DNA of 63,790 nucleotides, filler included, from Octopus bimaculoides (Eukaryota): NCBI RefSeq assembly GCF_001194135.2. It is 7 parts of 7 records of this genome, joined end to end, with 100 filler letters (N's around TTAATTAATTAA, not from the genome) between each part and the next. Parts side by side here need not be neighbours in the genome. Positions count along the whole stretch, not along the records: positions 52,258 to 58,256 come from NW_026307429.1; positions 58,357 to 60,417 come from NC_068997.1; positions 60,518 to 62,532 come from NC_068982.1; positions 62,633 to 63,790 come from NW_026436757.1; 3 more parts are not named here. One strand, given 5' to 3'. The notes beneath the pieces are model-generated. The model ran no database searches. It was not told the origin of the DNA and saw nothing but the letters and a program-made list of their open reading frames with translations. A program made the position numbers and the translations under genes. Every line of letters begins with the position of its first letter. Within the stretch, counting starts at the first letter, position 1. Positions 52,739-63,435 of this stretch are shown piece after piece.

Positions 52739-52907
52739 CTAGAAACAGGACACTCCTGCATCCTCGTAGTGAGCGCAGTTATGGTTCAACCACCCATTGT
52801 GCTGACAATCAGACAGGGACAGTTCGTTACCTAGGCAACTGACGTCATCCATGGCTATTTGACCGGTTCCAGCTCCGAATGCTGCCAACATGATGGCACG
52901 ACCACGT
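52739..52907 (-). CDS. SRCR-domain protein, C-terminal half-domain exon ending in TAG (probable last coding exon)
   Basis: Acceptor ctctcttcctgtag|A (phase 2). Encodes [55 protein letters not shown]; TAG at 52741-52739. With the previous exon this gives a 6-Cys (group A) SRCR domain. Confidence 0.92.
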
Positions 52908-53312
52908 CTACAGGAAGAGAGAAAAAAAAACAGGCACTTTAATGTTTGTAAATTCTATGTCATCAATGCAAGCATGGGATTGTTAACGCTAAGGCAATGA
53001 TAGGGGTTTGGTACTCAAGAATTGTTCTGCAAATATGATTTAGATTTTTTTAACCCTTTTCTTACTAGATTTCAGTTGAAATGCCTTTGTTTCAATTAAT
53101 TTTGAAAATAACGAAGAATTTGTAAAATAAGCTGATATTTCGAACAAAAATTAAGAAGAAATTTTTGATTGAAAGTATTTATTTAGATCACTTTAATCTT
53201 TTTCTTGTCATATTTCCGTTGAAATGCCTTTGTTTTAATTAATTTAATTATATTATACAATTATTATATTATATACTAATTTATACAATTTTTCCTCTGC
53301 ATGTCATATGAT

Positions 53313-53694
53313 GTTGGCACTCCGTCGCTTACGACGTCGAGGGTTCCAGTCGATCCGATCAACGGAACAGCCTGCTCGTGAAATTAACGTGCAAGTGGCT
53401 GAGCACTCCACAGACACGTGTACCCTTAACGTAGTTCTCGGGGATATTCAGCGTGACACAGTGTGACAAGGCTAACCCCTTTGAATTACAGGTACAACAG
53501 AAACAGGAAGTAAGAGTGAGAGAAAGTTGTGGTGGAAGAGTACAGCAGGGTTCGCCACCATCCCCTGCCGGAGCCTCGTGGAGCTTTAGGTGTTTTCGCT
53601 CAATAAACACTCACAACGTCCGGTCTGGGAATCGAAACCACGATCCTATGACCGCGAATCCGCTGCCCTAACCACTGGGCCATTGCGCCTCCAC
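53313..53694 (-). mobile_element. Full-length young family A SINE (intronic)
   Basis: Reverse complement of the family A sequence. Confidence 0.93.
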
Positions 53695-54109
53695 TATAGA
53701 AATATCATTAATCTTTTAATCCTTTCACTTTCAGAAATACTCTGTCAAATTTAATGCTTATTTGTTCACATTGTTTTGAATAGTTCATGCTTAAAAGAGG
53801 CGCCAACGATGTTTATAACTTTGTTAACTTTGCAAACATGCAGGCTTGAAATTTTGTCAGCAGTTGTTTAAATACCAAAGTTTCACAGTTTTACAATTTC
53901 AATAAAATTAGGAATACACATTGGAGTTGTATCATTTGAGAATGTCATCATAATATCTTAGATGCCATCCTGAAAGCCTCCATCACTCATGGCTGTGGTC
54001 AGTGAACCAGGGTAAAAATGAAATTCTTGTGGGTAATGAAGACTCATTTGACATAAGTAAAATTATATAAAAAAAAAAAACATATTCCTTGGTATGACAG
54101 AAATTTTCC

Positions 54110-54325
54110 TTCTGAAATGAAGAGGTAGTCAGAAGGTTGTTCCTTTTTGTAATAACCTACTTTTGCAATCAAGAATTTTCCACTTTAACGAACATAAAAA
54201 CAAAGCAGAGTAATCGATTGGATCCTGAAGACTGTATCCAAATTGCTCTGGCGTCAAAATGCCCCAATTTTGTTGTAATTGTAACAAAAATGAAACAACA
54301 TAATTTCTCCAGAACTTGAAGTGAA
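54110..54325 (+). mobile_element. hAT-Charlie transposase C-terminal dimerization remnant (intronic)
   Basis: LFLFVITYFCNQEFSTLTNIKTKQSNRLDPEDCIQIAL resembles L.PF.TTYLCE.GFS.L..IKTK.RNRL. Confidence 0.75.
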
Positions 54326-54917
54326 AAAGTTTCTAGAAAAATCTTTTTCTTTCATAATGAGGATATTAATTTTATTAGATGCTTCCAAAGAAAGAAAACT
54401 GTTGGAAAACAGTTTATAGCAGAGACTCCAACAAAGATCTGAAGAAGGAATTGTAATTCCGAAATATCATTGGACTAATAAGCAGTCTTATTCTTAATTA
54501 TTTCAAGCGATCCACTGTAAATTAAAACTACATACACGAATAAATAACATAACAATATTTGCCCACAAGAATTTTTTAAAGAAAATATCATCGGACTATA
54601 GATAAGTAAATTACAACAGGTATATAGTCCATTTTTTGGTCTATAGTGCATTGTTGTACCATTCTAAACTTTTTATTCTTTACATTAATTTTATTGCATT
54701 TGTTTTGTACTTTGTATACTTATAATTGTATTCTCCATATAAATAGATTTAATAAACCTTTTGAATTCAAAGAATCTATGAATTTCTTCCTTTCAAATCA
54801 AGCGGGTAACATCAGTATGAATAAATATATTTGGGGGGGAATTGGTTAAAAAACTTTCCCCTACCCCTGACTTAGAGTATGAAAACACTTTGAAAAGAAC
54901 GTAGGTGAGTTACTCAC

Positions 54918-55062
54918 GTGTAGCCCAGCATTCGACAGACGACGGTAGCATCCCTCTCGTCCCATGAATCATCACATATTGTACCCCAGACACCTGCATG
55001 GTAAATCTCAACACGTCCTTCATTGGGTACATTACCACCAACTAACCTGACAGAGCCTTCGC
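54918..55062 (-). CDS. SRCR-domain protein, exon encoding the N-terminal half of the next SRCR domain
   Basis: Acceptor ttttgttcag|GC (phase 1) and donor AC|gtgagt (phase 2). 145 nt encoding [47 protein letters not shown](T). Confidence 0.96.
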
Positions 55063-55110
55063 CTGAACAAAAGACAGACCAAAATTTCTTGTTAACTCCA
55101 TGTGTGTGTG

Positions 55111-55149
<39 letters not shown>

Positions 55150-55776
55150 NNNNNNNNNNNNNNNNNNNNNNNNNNNNNNNNNNNNNNNNNNNNNNNNNNN
55201 NNNNNNNNNNNNNNNNNNNNNNNNNNNNNNNNNNNNNNNNNNNNNNNNNNNNNNNNNNNNNNNNNNNNNNNNNNNNNNNNNNNNNNNNNNNNNNNNNNNN
55301 NNNNNNNNNNNNNNNNNNNNNNNNNNNNNNNNNNNNNNNNNNNNNNNNNNNNNNNNNNNNNNNNNNNNNNNNNNNNNNNNNNNNNNNNNNNNNNNNNNNN
55401 NNNNNNNNNNNNNNNNNNNNNNNNNNNNNNNNNNNNNNNNNNNNNNNNNNNNNNNNNNNNNNNNNNNNNNNNNNNNNNNNNNNNNNNNNNNNNNNNNNNN
55501 NNNNNNNNNNNNNNNNNNNNNNNNNNNNNNNNNNNNNNNNNNNNNNNNNNNNNNNNNNNNNNNNNNNNNNNNNNNNNNNNNNNNNNNNNNNNNNNNNNNN
55601 NNNNNNNNNNNNNNNNNNNNNNNNNNNNNNNNNNNNNNNNNNNNNNNNNNNNNNNNNNNNNNNNNNNNNNNNNNNNNNNNNNNNNNNNNNNNNNNNNNNN
55701 NNNNNNNNNNNNNNNNNNNNNNNNNNNNNNNNNNNNNNNNNNNNNNNNNNNNNNNNNNNNNNNNNNNNNNNNNNNN

Positions 55777-55818
<42 letters not shown>

Positions 55819-56113
55819 TAATAACAATAAATGGAGCAAAACACATATAAATAAAAGTTCCTTTAATTCCTACATATGTATCAAAATATATGTGTGCTTT
55901 CCTCGAAAGAAGTAAGAGCTGCTGGAATTCCACATATATTCATCTTCAGGGAATCAACATATAAAAGCAAGACAAATGCGAAATGATGAGGTAACTTACG
56001 AGCTAAGATGTTACGTGGCCAAGTAACATATATATATATTCTTGTTAGCCTTGTGGCTGTCCATTGAATCTATGAATAGCTAGGGGTTAGCAAATAAGGA
56101 GGTCTGTACTTAC

Positions 56114-56191
56114 TTGAAGGAGGATAGGTCACAGGTTCTGGCAGGTTTTCAGTTTCTGTAATGTTTGGCGTCTGTGAAGTTGTCGCAGGAG
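56114..56191 (-). CDS. SRCR-domain protein, Ser/Thr/Pro-rich inter-domain linker exon
   Basis: Acceptor ggtcttttacag|CT and donor A|gtaagt. 78 nt, phase 1-1, open in the frame of both flanking SRCR exons: (A)PATTSQTPNITETENLPEPVTYPPS(S). Not in the ORF track. Confidence 0.85.
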
Positions 56192-56637
56192 CTGTAAAAG
56201 ACCATAACAGAATGAGAAATGGTAAAATTACTGTATTTTCCAGCATAGAAAGTCAGATTTTACTGAACAAAATTTACAACCAAAAGTAAGTTGTCTTATA
56301 CAATAAGATGACTTTGGAGGGCCAAAGATTCCATGTGGAATGCAGCAAGATTTCAAAAGATAGGGCTGATGTTCAAATGTTTAGAAGATAAGCGTGTGCT
56401 GAAAAGTTCTTGGTTTTGGGTAAAATAAAGTACAGGAGGATCAGTTAATTATGGCTTTATTCAACATATTCCCCTGTCAGATTCACACACTGACTGCAGT
56501 AGTCCTTCAGTTTTTCTAAGCCCTGTAAAAGAACTTCAAAGGTCGGGCCTCCAACCAGGTCTTTCGTGATACCCTTAAAGCCAAGAACTTTCCAGCACTC
56601 CCTTTTACATGTTTATACCATATACTATTGAGGACAA

Positions 56638-57029
56638 GTGGGGGCGCAATGGCCCAGTGGTTAGGGCATCGGACTCGTGGTCGTAGGATCGCGGTTTCAA
56701 TTCCCAGACCGGGCGTTGTGAGTGTTTATTGAGCGAAAACACCTAAAGCTCCATGAGGCTCCGGCAGGGGATGGTGGCGAACCCTGCTGTACTCTTTCAT
56801 CACAACTTTCTCTCACTCTTACTTCCTGTTTCTGTTGTGCCTGTAATTCAAGGGGCCAGCCTTGTCACACTGTGTCACGCTGAATATCTCCGAGAACTAC
56901 GTTAAGGGTACACGTGTCTGTGGAGTGCTCAGCCACTTGCACGTTAATTTCACGAGCAGGCTGTTCCGTTGATCGGATCAACTGGAACCCTCGACGTCGT
57001 AAGCGACGGAGTGCCAACAACAACAACAA
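56638..57029 (+). mobile_element. Full-length young family A SINE (intronic)
   Basis: A/B boxes, (CAA)n tail, 11-bp TSD TATTGAGGACA (56626-56636, 57030-57040). Confidence 0.93.
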
Positions 57030-57087
57030 TATTGAGGACAGACTTATGAAAAGGATTTGGACAGGCAAAGGGTTGATTCTAACTTAC

Positions 57088-57257
57088 CATTGATGCACAT
57101 AACACTGGCATCCTCATTGTGGCCACAGTTGTGTCTACCCCAACCGTGGTGGGAACAATGGAACAGGGAGGTTTCATTGCCCTGACAGGACACATCGTCC
57201 ATCCAAATGGCACCACGTCCGGCTCCATAACGGGCTGAGATGAATGCTTGGCCAGAT
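57088..57257 (-). CDS. SRCR-domain protein, exon encoding the C-terminal half of an SRCR domain
   Basis: Acceptor ttcttctag|A (phase 2) and donor G|gtaagtt (phase 1). 170 nt encoding SGQAFISARYGAGRGAIWMDDVSCQGNETSLFHCSHHGWGRHNCGHNEDASVMCIN, with the SRCR motifs IW-DD-C-G-E--L--C and HNC-H-EDA-V-C. Confidence 0.95.
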
Positions 57258-57649
57258 CTAGAAGAAAGAGAAAATGGGTTTATCAATTAGTATGTGGGGA
57301 TTAGGGGTTCGTAACAAGGAACATCTGGTTTCAGAAAACCTGCCTCGACATATTTCATCTGATCCATGCAATACATGTGTATTTGTGTTTGTTTGTGTGT
57401 ATATATAAAAAGTGTATATATATCTGTGTTTGTGTGTGTGTATATTAAAACTTGATCTTCATATTTGAGGTATAAGCGTGGCTATATGGTTACAAGTTTA
57501 CTTCTCAACCACATGGTTCCAGGTTCAATCCCACTTAAGGCAGTGTCTTCTATAGCATTGGGTTGACCAAAACCTTGTGAGGGGATTTAGTAGACAGAAA
57601 CTGAAAGAAGTCTACCATGTGTTTGTGTGTGTGTCAGTCACCTAGTCAC

Positions 57650-58155
57650 CTACCGTTCTGGTAGACACTCTAGCCAAATTGACTACATACTCGCCAGAAA
57701 AAGGGAAAGATGGCTGCTTATAAATGCCAAAACCTTCCCAGGTGAAGAATGTACCCCCACAACATAGACTGGTTGTTAGCGACTTCAGGGTCAAGGCTAA
57801 ATGGATGCCTAGAAGACAACCAGCTTGGAGAAGGGTCTGAAAGCTGAAAGATCCTGCGAATGGACAGAGATTTAGAGACGTATAGGGACGCTGTCAGTAA
57901 GGTGAGGGTTGGCAACGAGTATAGTGAAGAATTCCGGGTAGAGGTAGGGGTCCACTAAAGGTTCAGTCCTCAGCCCTCTCCTATTTATCATAGTCCTCCA
58001 GGCAATAACAGAGGAAATCAAGACAGGATGCCCCTGGGAGCTCCTCTATGCTGATGACCTTGCACTAATTGCTGAGTCACTATCAGAACTAGAGGAGAAG
58101 TTTCAGGTGTGGAAGCAAGGATTAGAATCGAAGGGCCTTAGAGCCAACCTAGCAG
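57650..58155 (+). mobile_element. RTE LINE fragment with an internal deletion (EN end joined to RT core)
   Basis: SQIDYIL..PGEEC..QHRLVVSDF, then VGVH*GSVLSPLLF..ELLYADDLALIA. Confidence 0.85.
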
Positions 58156-58165
58156 CAGAAATATA

Positions 58166-58256
58166 ACAAAAGCTGTTACTCGAAGTTCCACGTTCCCATT
58201 CTTAACAAAATTGTCCGACAAACGGGAATGTGAAACTCCGAGTAACAGTCTTTTGT
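58166..58256. repeat. 32-bp-stem inverted repeat (MITE-like), abutting a gap
   Basis: ACAAAAG-CTGTTACTCGAAGTTCCACGTTCCC / GGGAATGTGAAACTCCGAGTAACAGTCTTTTGT. Confidence 0.85.
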
Positions 58257-58368
58257 NNNNNNNNNNNNNNNNNNNNNNNNNNNNNNNNNNNNNNNNNNNN
58301 TTAATTAATTAANNNNNNNNNNNNNNNNNNNNNNNNNNNNNNNNNNNNNNNNNNNNGGTTATATATAA

Positions 58369-58419
<51 letters not shown>

Positions 58420-58459
58420 TGTATATATATATATGTATATGTGTGTGTGTATATATATA

Positions 58460-58492
<33 letters not shown>

Positions 58493-58599
58493 CTCCGAGG
58501 GTCTAATGGATGCTTTTATGTGCCATTTGTGTGACACCAGGGTGCATTTATGTGCCACCAGCACGGCTGCCAATTTGCGTGACACTAGTATTTGCCAGG

Positions 58600-59260
58600 A
58601 CATATCTTTGGTGACAGTTGTAGATAGATCAGTTTTCCTGTTGTTGGATACTGCAGGTTGTTGCAATGTAATGCGATTTCTCACAGGCTAAGTTAGCAAC
58701 TATGAATTCTAGGCGAGAAAGGAAGATACTGAGTCAAGAAAGCTCCATGTGATGTTTGGGTAGTTTCCTTTGTCTTGGGGGTCTCAGATGAAGTGGGAGT
58801 AAGGTAGAGATTTCTCTGTTTCTACATTTCCTTGAGGCAACATGTGTTGCTGATATCTTTTTTGACTTTTATGCTGTTGATGCCATCAGATGGTGTAAAA
58901 GTGGCTTTATATAGACCACAGCCTCTGAGTAGCAGAATCTTCCCTGTGAGATTTCAGCAGGTGAGTGTGGGGGTGCAGACTCTGTGTGTGTGTCTTTGTG
59001 CTGTAGTTTGCAATGTTGAAAGTGACATCTATACATGTATATTGTTTGGTGTCAGTAGTTGACAAAAGACCTTTGATTGAACGCTAATTCAGTCCCGGGG
59101 CTAAGGGGTTAAACACCTGTGATTCTGAAATGCTGAAGATACAGAAGAGTTTCCAACACCACAGTAACTTTAGTGACTACGAGGAGAATAATTTACAATA
59201 TCTTTAAGTAGCTCCTGCAAGTTTTGCATGGGTCAAAGCATCTCTTGTATTTATTTCAAC
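58600..59260 (-). mobile_element. Penelope-like GIY-YIG remnant
   Basis: Frameshifted QG.C.SEAVVY(K)AT, ..QDKGNYPNITWSFL, CEKSHYI..NNRKTDL.. Confidence 0.55.
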
Positions 59261-59452
59261 TTTATCTGTCTATCTACAAATATGTGTGTATATATATATG
59301 AGCACACAGGCATGGCTGTGTAGTAAGAAGTTTGCTTCCCAACTATATGGTTCCACATTCAGTACCACTGCATGATACCTTGAGCAAGTGTTTTCTACTT
59401 TAGCTCCCAGGTCAACCAAAGCCTTTTCAGTGGATTTGGTAGACAGAAACTT

Positions 59453-59885
59453 ACAGCTGATATCTTGAGTATTGAGGCGATGGTGCACAAGCACTGGTTA
59501 CGTTGGACTGGACACCTTATTAGAATGAAGGATAGCAGGATTCCTCAGCAGATCCTATATGGAGAACTTGTGAATGGAAGGAGACTCTGGCAGAAACCAA
59601 GGCTGCGATTTAAGGACTGTGTCAAGTCTTCATTAAAGGCCTGTGATATGCAGGACACTGACTGGGAGAACAATGCCTGTCATCGCCACGGATGGAGGAA
59701 GCAGGTTAAGGAGGGGGATCAACACTTTTGAGAAAGCACGTATCCAGCATGAAGAACTTAAGCGAAAGCGCACGGCTCGTATAGTCAATGGGGAAAGCTT
59801 GGTCTGCAACGTTTGCAGTCGTGTATGCTTGTCAAGAGCAGGGCTCATTAGCCACCAACGGAGCCGCAAATGCAAAATATAAGTT
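59453..59885 (+). mobile_element. RTE (BovB-like) LINE 3' coding end with terminal C2H2-like finger
   Basis: LRWTGHLIRMKDSRIPQQILYGEL..G.R..QKPRLRFKD.VK..LK, then CNVCSRVCLSRAGLISHQR. Confidence 0.9.
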
Positions 59886-59947
59886 AGTCCTAGAGCGCAC
59901 AATGTTCCTCAAGGTCGGCAATGGTCTTCCTTGGTCACGAGTGGACG

Positions 59948-59985
<38 letters not shown>

Positions 59986-60029
59986 CATGCACACGCACAC
60001 ACATTATCAATATAATCACCATATGTCAG

Positions 60030-60417
60030 CTCTCGATGCTGGCATGGGTTAGCTGGCTTGATTGGGGCTGATGAGCTGGAGAGTGACACCAGGTTCCAGT
60101 CTGATTTTGCATCATCATCATCATCATCGTTTAACGTCCGCTTTCCATGCTAGCATGGGCTGGACGATTTGACTGAGGACTGGTGAAACCAGATGGCTAC
60201 ACCAGGCTCCAATCTGATTTGGCAGAGTTTCTACAGCTGGATGTCCTTCCTAACTCCAAACCACTCAGAGAGTGTAGTGGGTGCTTTTACGTGTCACCCG
60301 CACGAAGGCCAGTCAGGCGGTACTGGCAATGGCCACGCTCAAAATGGTGTATTTTATGTGCCACCCGCACAAGAGCCAGTCCAGGGGCACTGGCAAAGAT
60401 CTCGCTCAAAAATCCTT
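60030..60417 (-). mobile_element. RTE-type 3' UTR with (CAT)n tail, next to an older partial copy
   Basis: (CAT)nCGTTTAACGTCCGCTTTCCATGC.AGCATGGG..CAGCTGGATG.CCTTCCTAAC. A partial older copy lies at 60030-60110. Confidence 0.65.
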
Positions 60418-60519
60418 NNNNNNNNNNNNNNNNNNNNNNNNNNNNNNNNNNNNNNNNNNNNTTAATTAATTAANNNNNNNNNNNNNNNNNNNNNNNNNNN
60501 NNNNNNNNNNNNNNNNNCA

Positions 60520-62130
60520 CCCCCACCGAAGAGGTATTAAAGAAAACGGCGGAAGGAACGGTAGTTTATAGGACGTATTCGGTGGCAGCTGGAAAAACTG
60601 AGAACATCTCTACGGTACAAATAGAAAAGGCGTTACGACCAGTCTGGCAAGGGATTTCGTACCTTGCCAGAGGTAAAAAATTTGGAACGATAGAGGTGCA
60701 GTTCGAAAAGATAGCTACAGCCAGGCTGCACTCGGCAACACGGCTGAAAACGGATGAGGTAGTTCTCCTATCCGTATACCTTAGGGGACGTGCTTCCAGG
60801 GTTAGGGTGGAAGAAATATCCCCAGAGGTGGATGTAGCCTGGCTGGTGGCTGCTATACTACTTGGAATGGAGGAGAAGGTGGTGGTCCTACAGGCCACCA
60901 GAGCACCTCATAGGAACTGGAAGGGACAAACCCATGACATGGTGGTGCAAATCGCGGAGAAGGATATCGAAAAAGTGGTTGAAAGTATCAGTGGGAGAGA
61001 CGATTTCAAAGGTCAGAGTGGAAAGGAGGATTCCGCCATGTGGGTNNNNNNNNNNNNNNNNNNNNNNNNNNNNNNNNNNNNNNNNNNNNNNNNNNNNNNN
61101 NNNNNNNNNNNNNNNNNNNNNNNNNNNNNNNNNNNNGGGGATCAGGTGGGTGTGAGTTGGGGGTCAACCTTCACCACGTGTGTCCTCTTCTTCCTCTTCC
61201 TGCTCTTCTTCTCCACCATTTCCCAGCTGGTATTCGATTCCTCCTCCTCAACGCTGGTACCTGTCTTCCTCTGTAGTGTCACATCTCTTTCCTCTTTCTT
61301 CTCGGTCAGTGGAGCATTAACCACTTTTTTATTCTGTCTCTCCTTATCCTTTTCTTCACTAGAAAAAGACAAGGAGAGACAGAAGGAAAAAGTGGTTGGT
61401 GCTACACTGCCTGTAGAGGAAGAAGTAAGTGAGGTGGAACCACAGAAGACAGGCACCAGCGTCGAGGGGGTGGGAGAAGCGAATACCAACTGGGAAATGG
61501 CGGAGAAGAAGAGCAGGAAAAGGAGGAAGAGGACACACGTGGCAAAGGATGACCCCAACCTATACTCACTCGACCCTCACCCACACCCAATCTACCCCAA
61601 CCACTCCCTACAGACACCAATGCTATCCACGCCCCACCCAACACAAAGACAAACATAAGCACAGAGGAGCCACAGACCCTACCCCCACCCTTGTCCTGGG
61701 AGAGAAAATGCATTGTGTTGTACAATGGACGAAACAAGGAACTGTGCAAGGAAATAGAGACATGGGATACGGCAATTAAAGTGGCTACGACAGGATTGGG
61801 GAAGTTGACGGAGCACATGCGATGTGCGGTGGTGGACCCGGAGTACCTGGCGAGATGGAGGAAATATGTGGAAGATTTTAAGTGGTGGGGAAAAGAGAAT
61901 AAATGCCAGAACATGTGAGTTATTTTGACATTCTCAAAAAATATAAAATAGATATATTGAATAAAAAAAGGTAAATTGCTGTTATAAATGGTAATGAAAA
62001 AATGCATAAACTGTGGTTGCAAATGGTAATACAAACGGTGTAGTAACAGGTTCAATGAAATCGTCCGGAGGTGGGGCCGAGCGACTTCATTTCATCATTC
62101 ATTATATAATTTCATTCATTCTATTCGTTT
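60520..62130 (+). mobile_element. Tx1/L1-like ORF1 element with an internal inverted copy and no visible ORF2
   Basis: AGKTENIST.QIEKAL..ARG..FGT.EV.F..RVRV..I.PE....WLVAA (ORF1-like N-terminus), a Lys/Glu-rich tail, a stop at 61918, then an AT-rich tail with AATAAA and TTCA repeats. Confidence 0.6.
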
Positions 62131-62199
62131 TATTATTTTTTTGTCCCCACCTTGTGCTGTCTCCTCTGTGTAAGGCCTTTATGGCCAATTTTCATGAAG

Positions 62200-62351
62200 T
62201 AAAGAAGCTTGCTTCCCAACCACAGTTTCGTGTTGAGTCCCAATACTTGGCACCTTCGGCAAGTGTCTTCTGCTATAGCCTCAGGTCCACCAAAGCCTTG
62301 TGAGTAGATTTGGTACACAGAAACTGAAAGAAGCTCGTCGTATATGTATAC

Positions 62352-62397
<46 letters not shown>

Positions 62398-62790
62398 GAT
62401 ATCTATGTGTGTGACTTTGAGTCTGTGTTTGTTCCCTCATCACCGCTTCATAACCGATGTCGGTCTGTTTACGTCCTCGTAACCTAGCGGTTCGGCAAAG
62501 ACCCCAATAGAATGAGTACTAGACTTTTAAAANNNNNNNNNNNNNNNNNNNNNNNNNNNNNNNNNNNNNNNNNNNNTTAATTAATTAANNNNNNNNNNNN
62601 NNNNNNNNNNNNNNNNNNNNNNNNNNNNNNNNAACCAATGCTGGTGTGTTTACATCCCCGTAACTTAGCGGTTTGGCAAAAATGACTGATAGAATAAGTA
62701 CTAAGCTTACAAAGAATAAATCCTGGGGTCGATTTGTTCGACTAAAGGTGGTGCTTCAGCATGGCCGCAGTCCAATGACTGGAACAAGTA
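62200..62790 (+). mobile_element. Family B SINE sequence (head + microsatellite + tail), interrupted by a linker gap
   Basis: Head 62200-62345, (TA)/(TG) tract, tail pieces on both sides of the gap. Confidence 0.8.
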
Positions 62791-62849
62791 AAAGAGTATA
62801 GAACAATAAATAATAGCTATAGCCATAATATAATCGATAGTGATGGGAG

Positions 62850-63300
62850 TCTGAATAAACAGATAGAAAAATGTTCATGTCATGCTAAGACTAAATGTAA
62901 GCTTTCGAATAACTGTAATATTGATAATGTAATTTATAAATATATAGTAAGCTCAAAGAACAATAATAATAAAATTATAAACAAGGTTTATATAGGATCT
63001 AAAGCTAATGAAATTAAGAAAGAATCTCCCAACATTACCAGACTTTCAAAAATCCTAATTTAAGTAAGTCCATAAGTTTAAGTAAATATATATGTGGGAA
63101 TTAAAATCTAGAAAGAGATTACACCCTTAGTTGGAGTATAATAGGTAGAGCCCACTCTTATAATATTGGGAATAAAATGTGTTTATTATGTATAACAGAA
63201 TTTTTGAAACTACTACAGTCTAGAGATAAATTACAAAACACATATGATGAACTAGGAAGGAAATGTAGACACAAAAGTAATTTTACTTTTAATAAAATGA
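62850..63300 (+). mobile_element. Penelope-like GIY-YIG endonuclease C-terminus
   Basis: CSCHAKTKC..C..NVIYK..YIGS..; SLSKYI.ELK..YTLSWSIIGRA.SYN.G.KMCLLC.TE..DELGRKCRHK. Confidence 0.85.
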
Positions 63301-63435
63301 AATACTGAACCCTCTTTGAATCTAATAACCACACACTTTTGATTTCTACAGTACTTGAATGGATTATATAAATAATCAAATAAATAAATTAATTAAATAT
63401 TACTAAAAATTATATTTATAACAAATTATATATAT

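Noticed and set aside
56822-56833. SINE segment TCCTGTTTCT as an editing-complementary sequence for the SRCR UAG
   Set aside because: Only 10 complementary bases, and pairing does not extend across the editable A.
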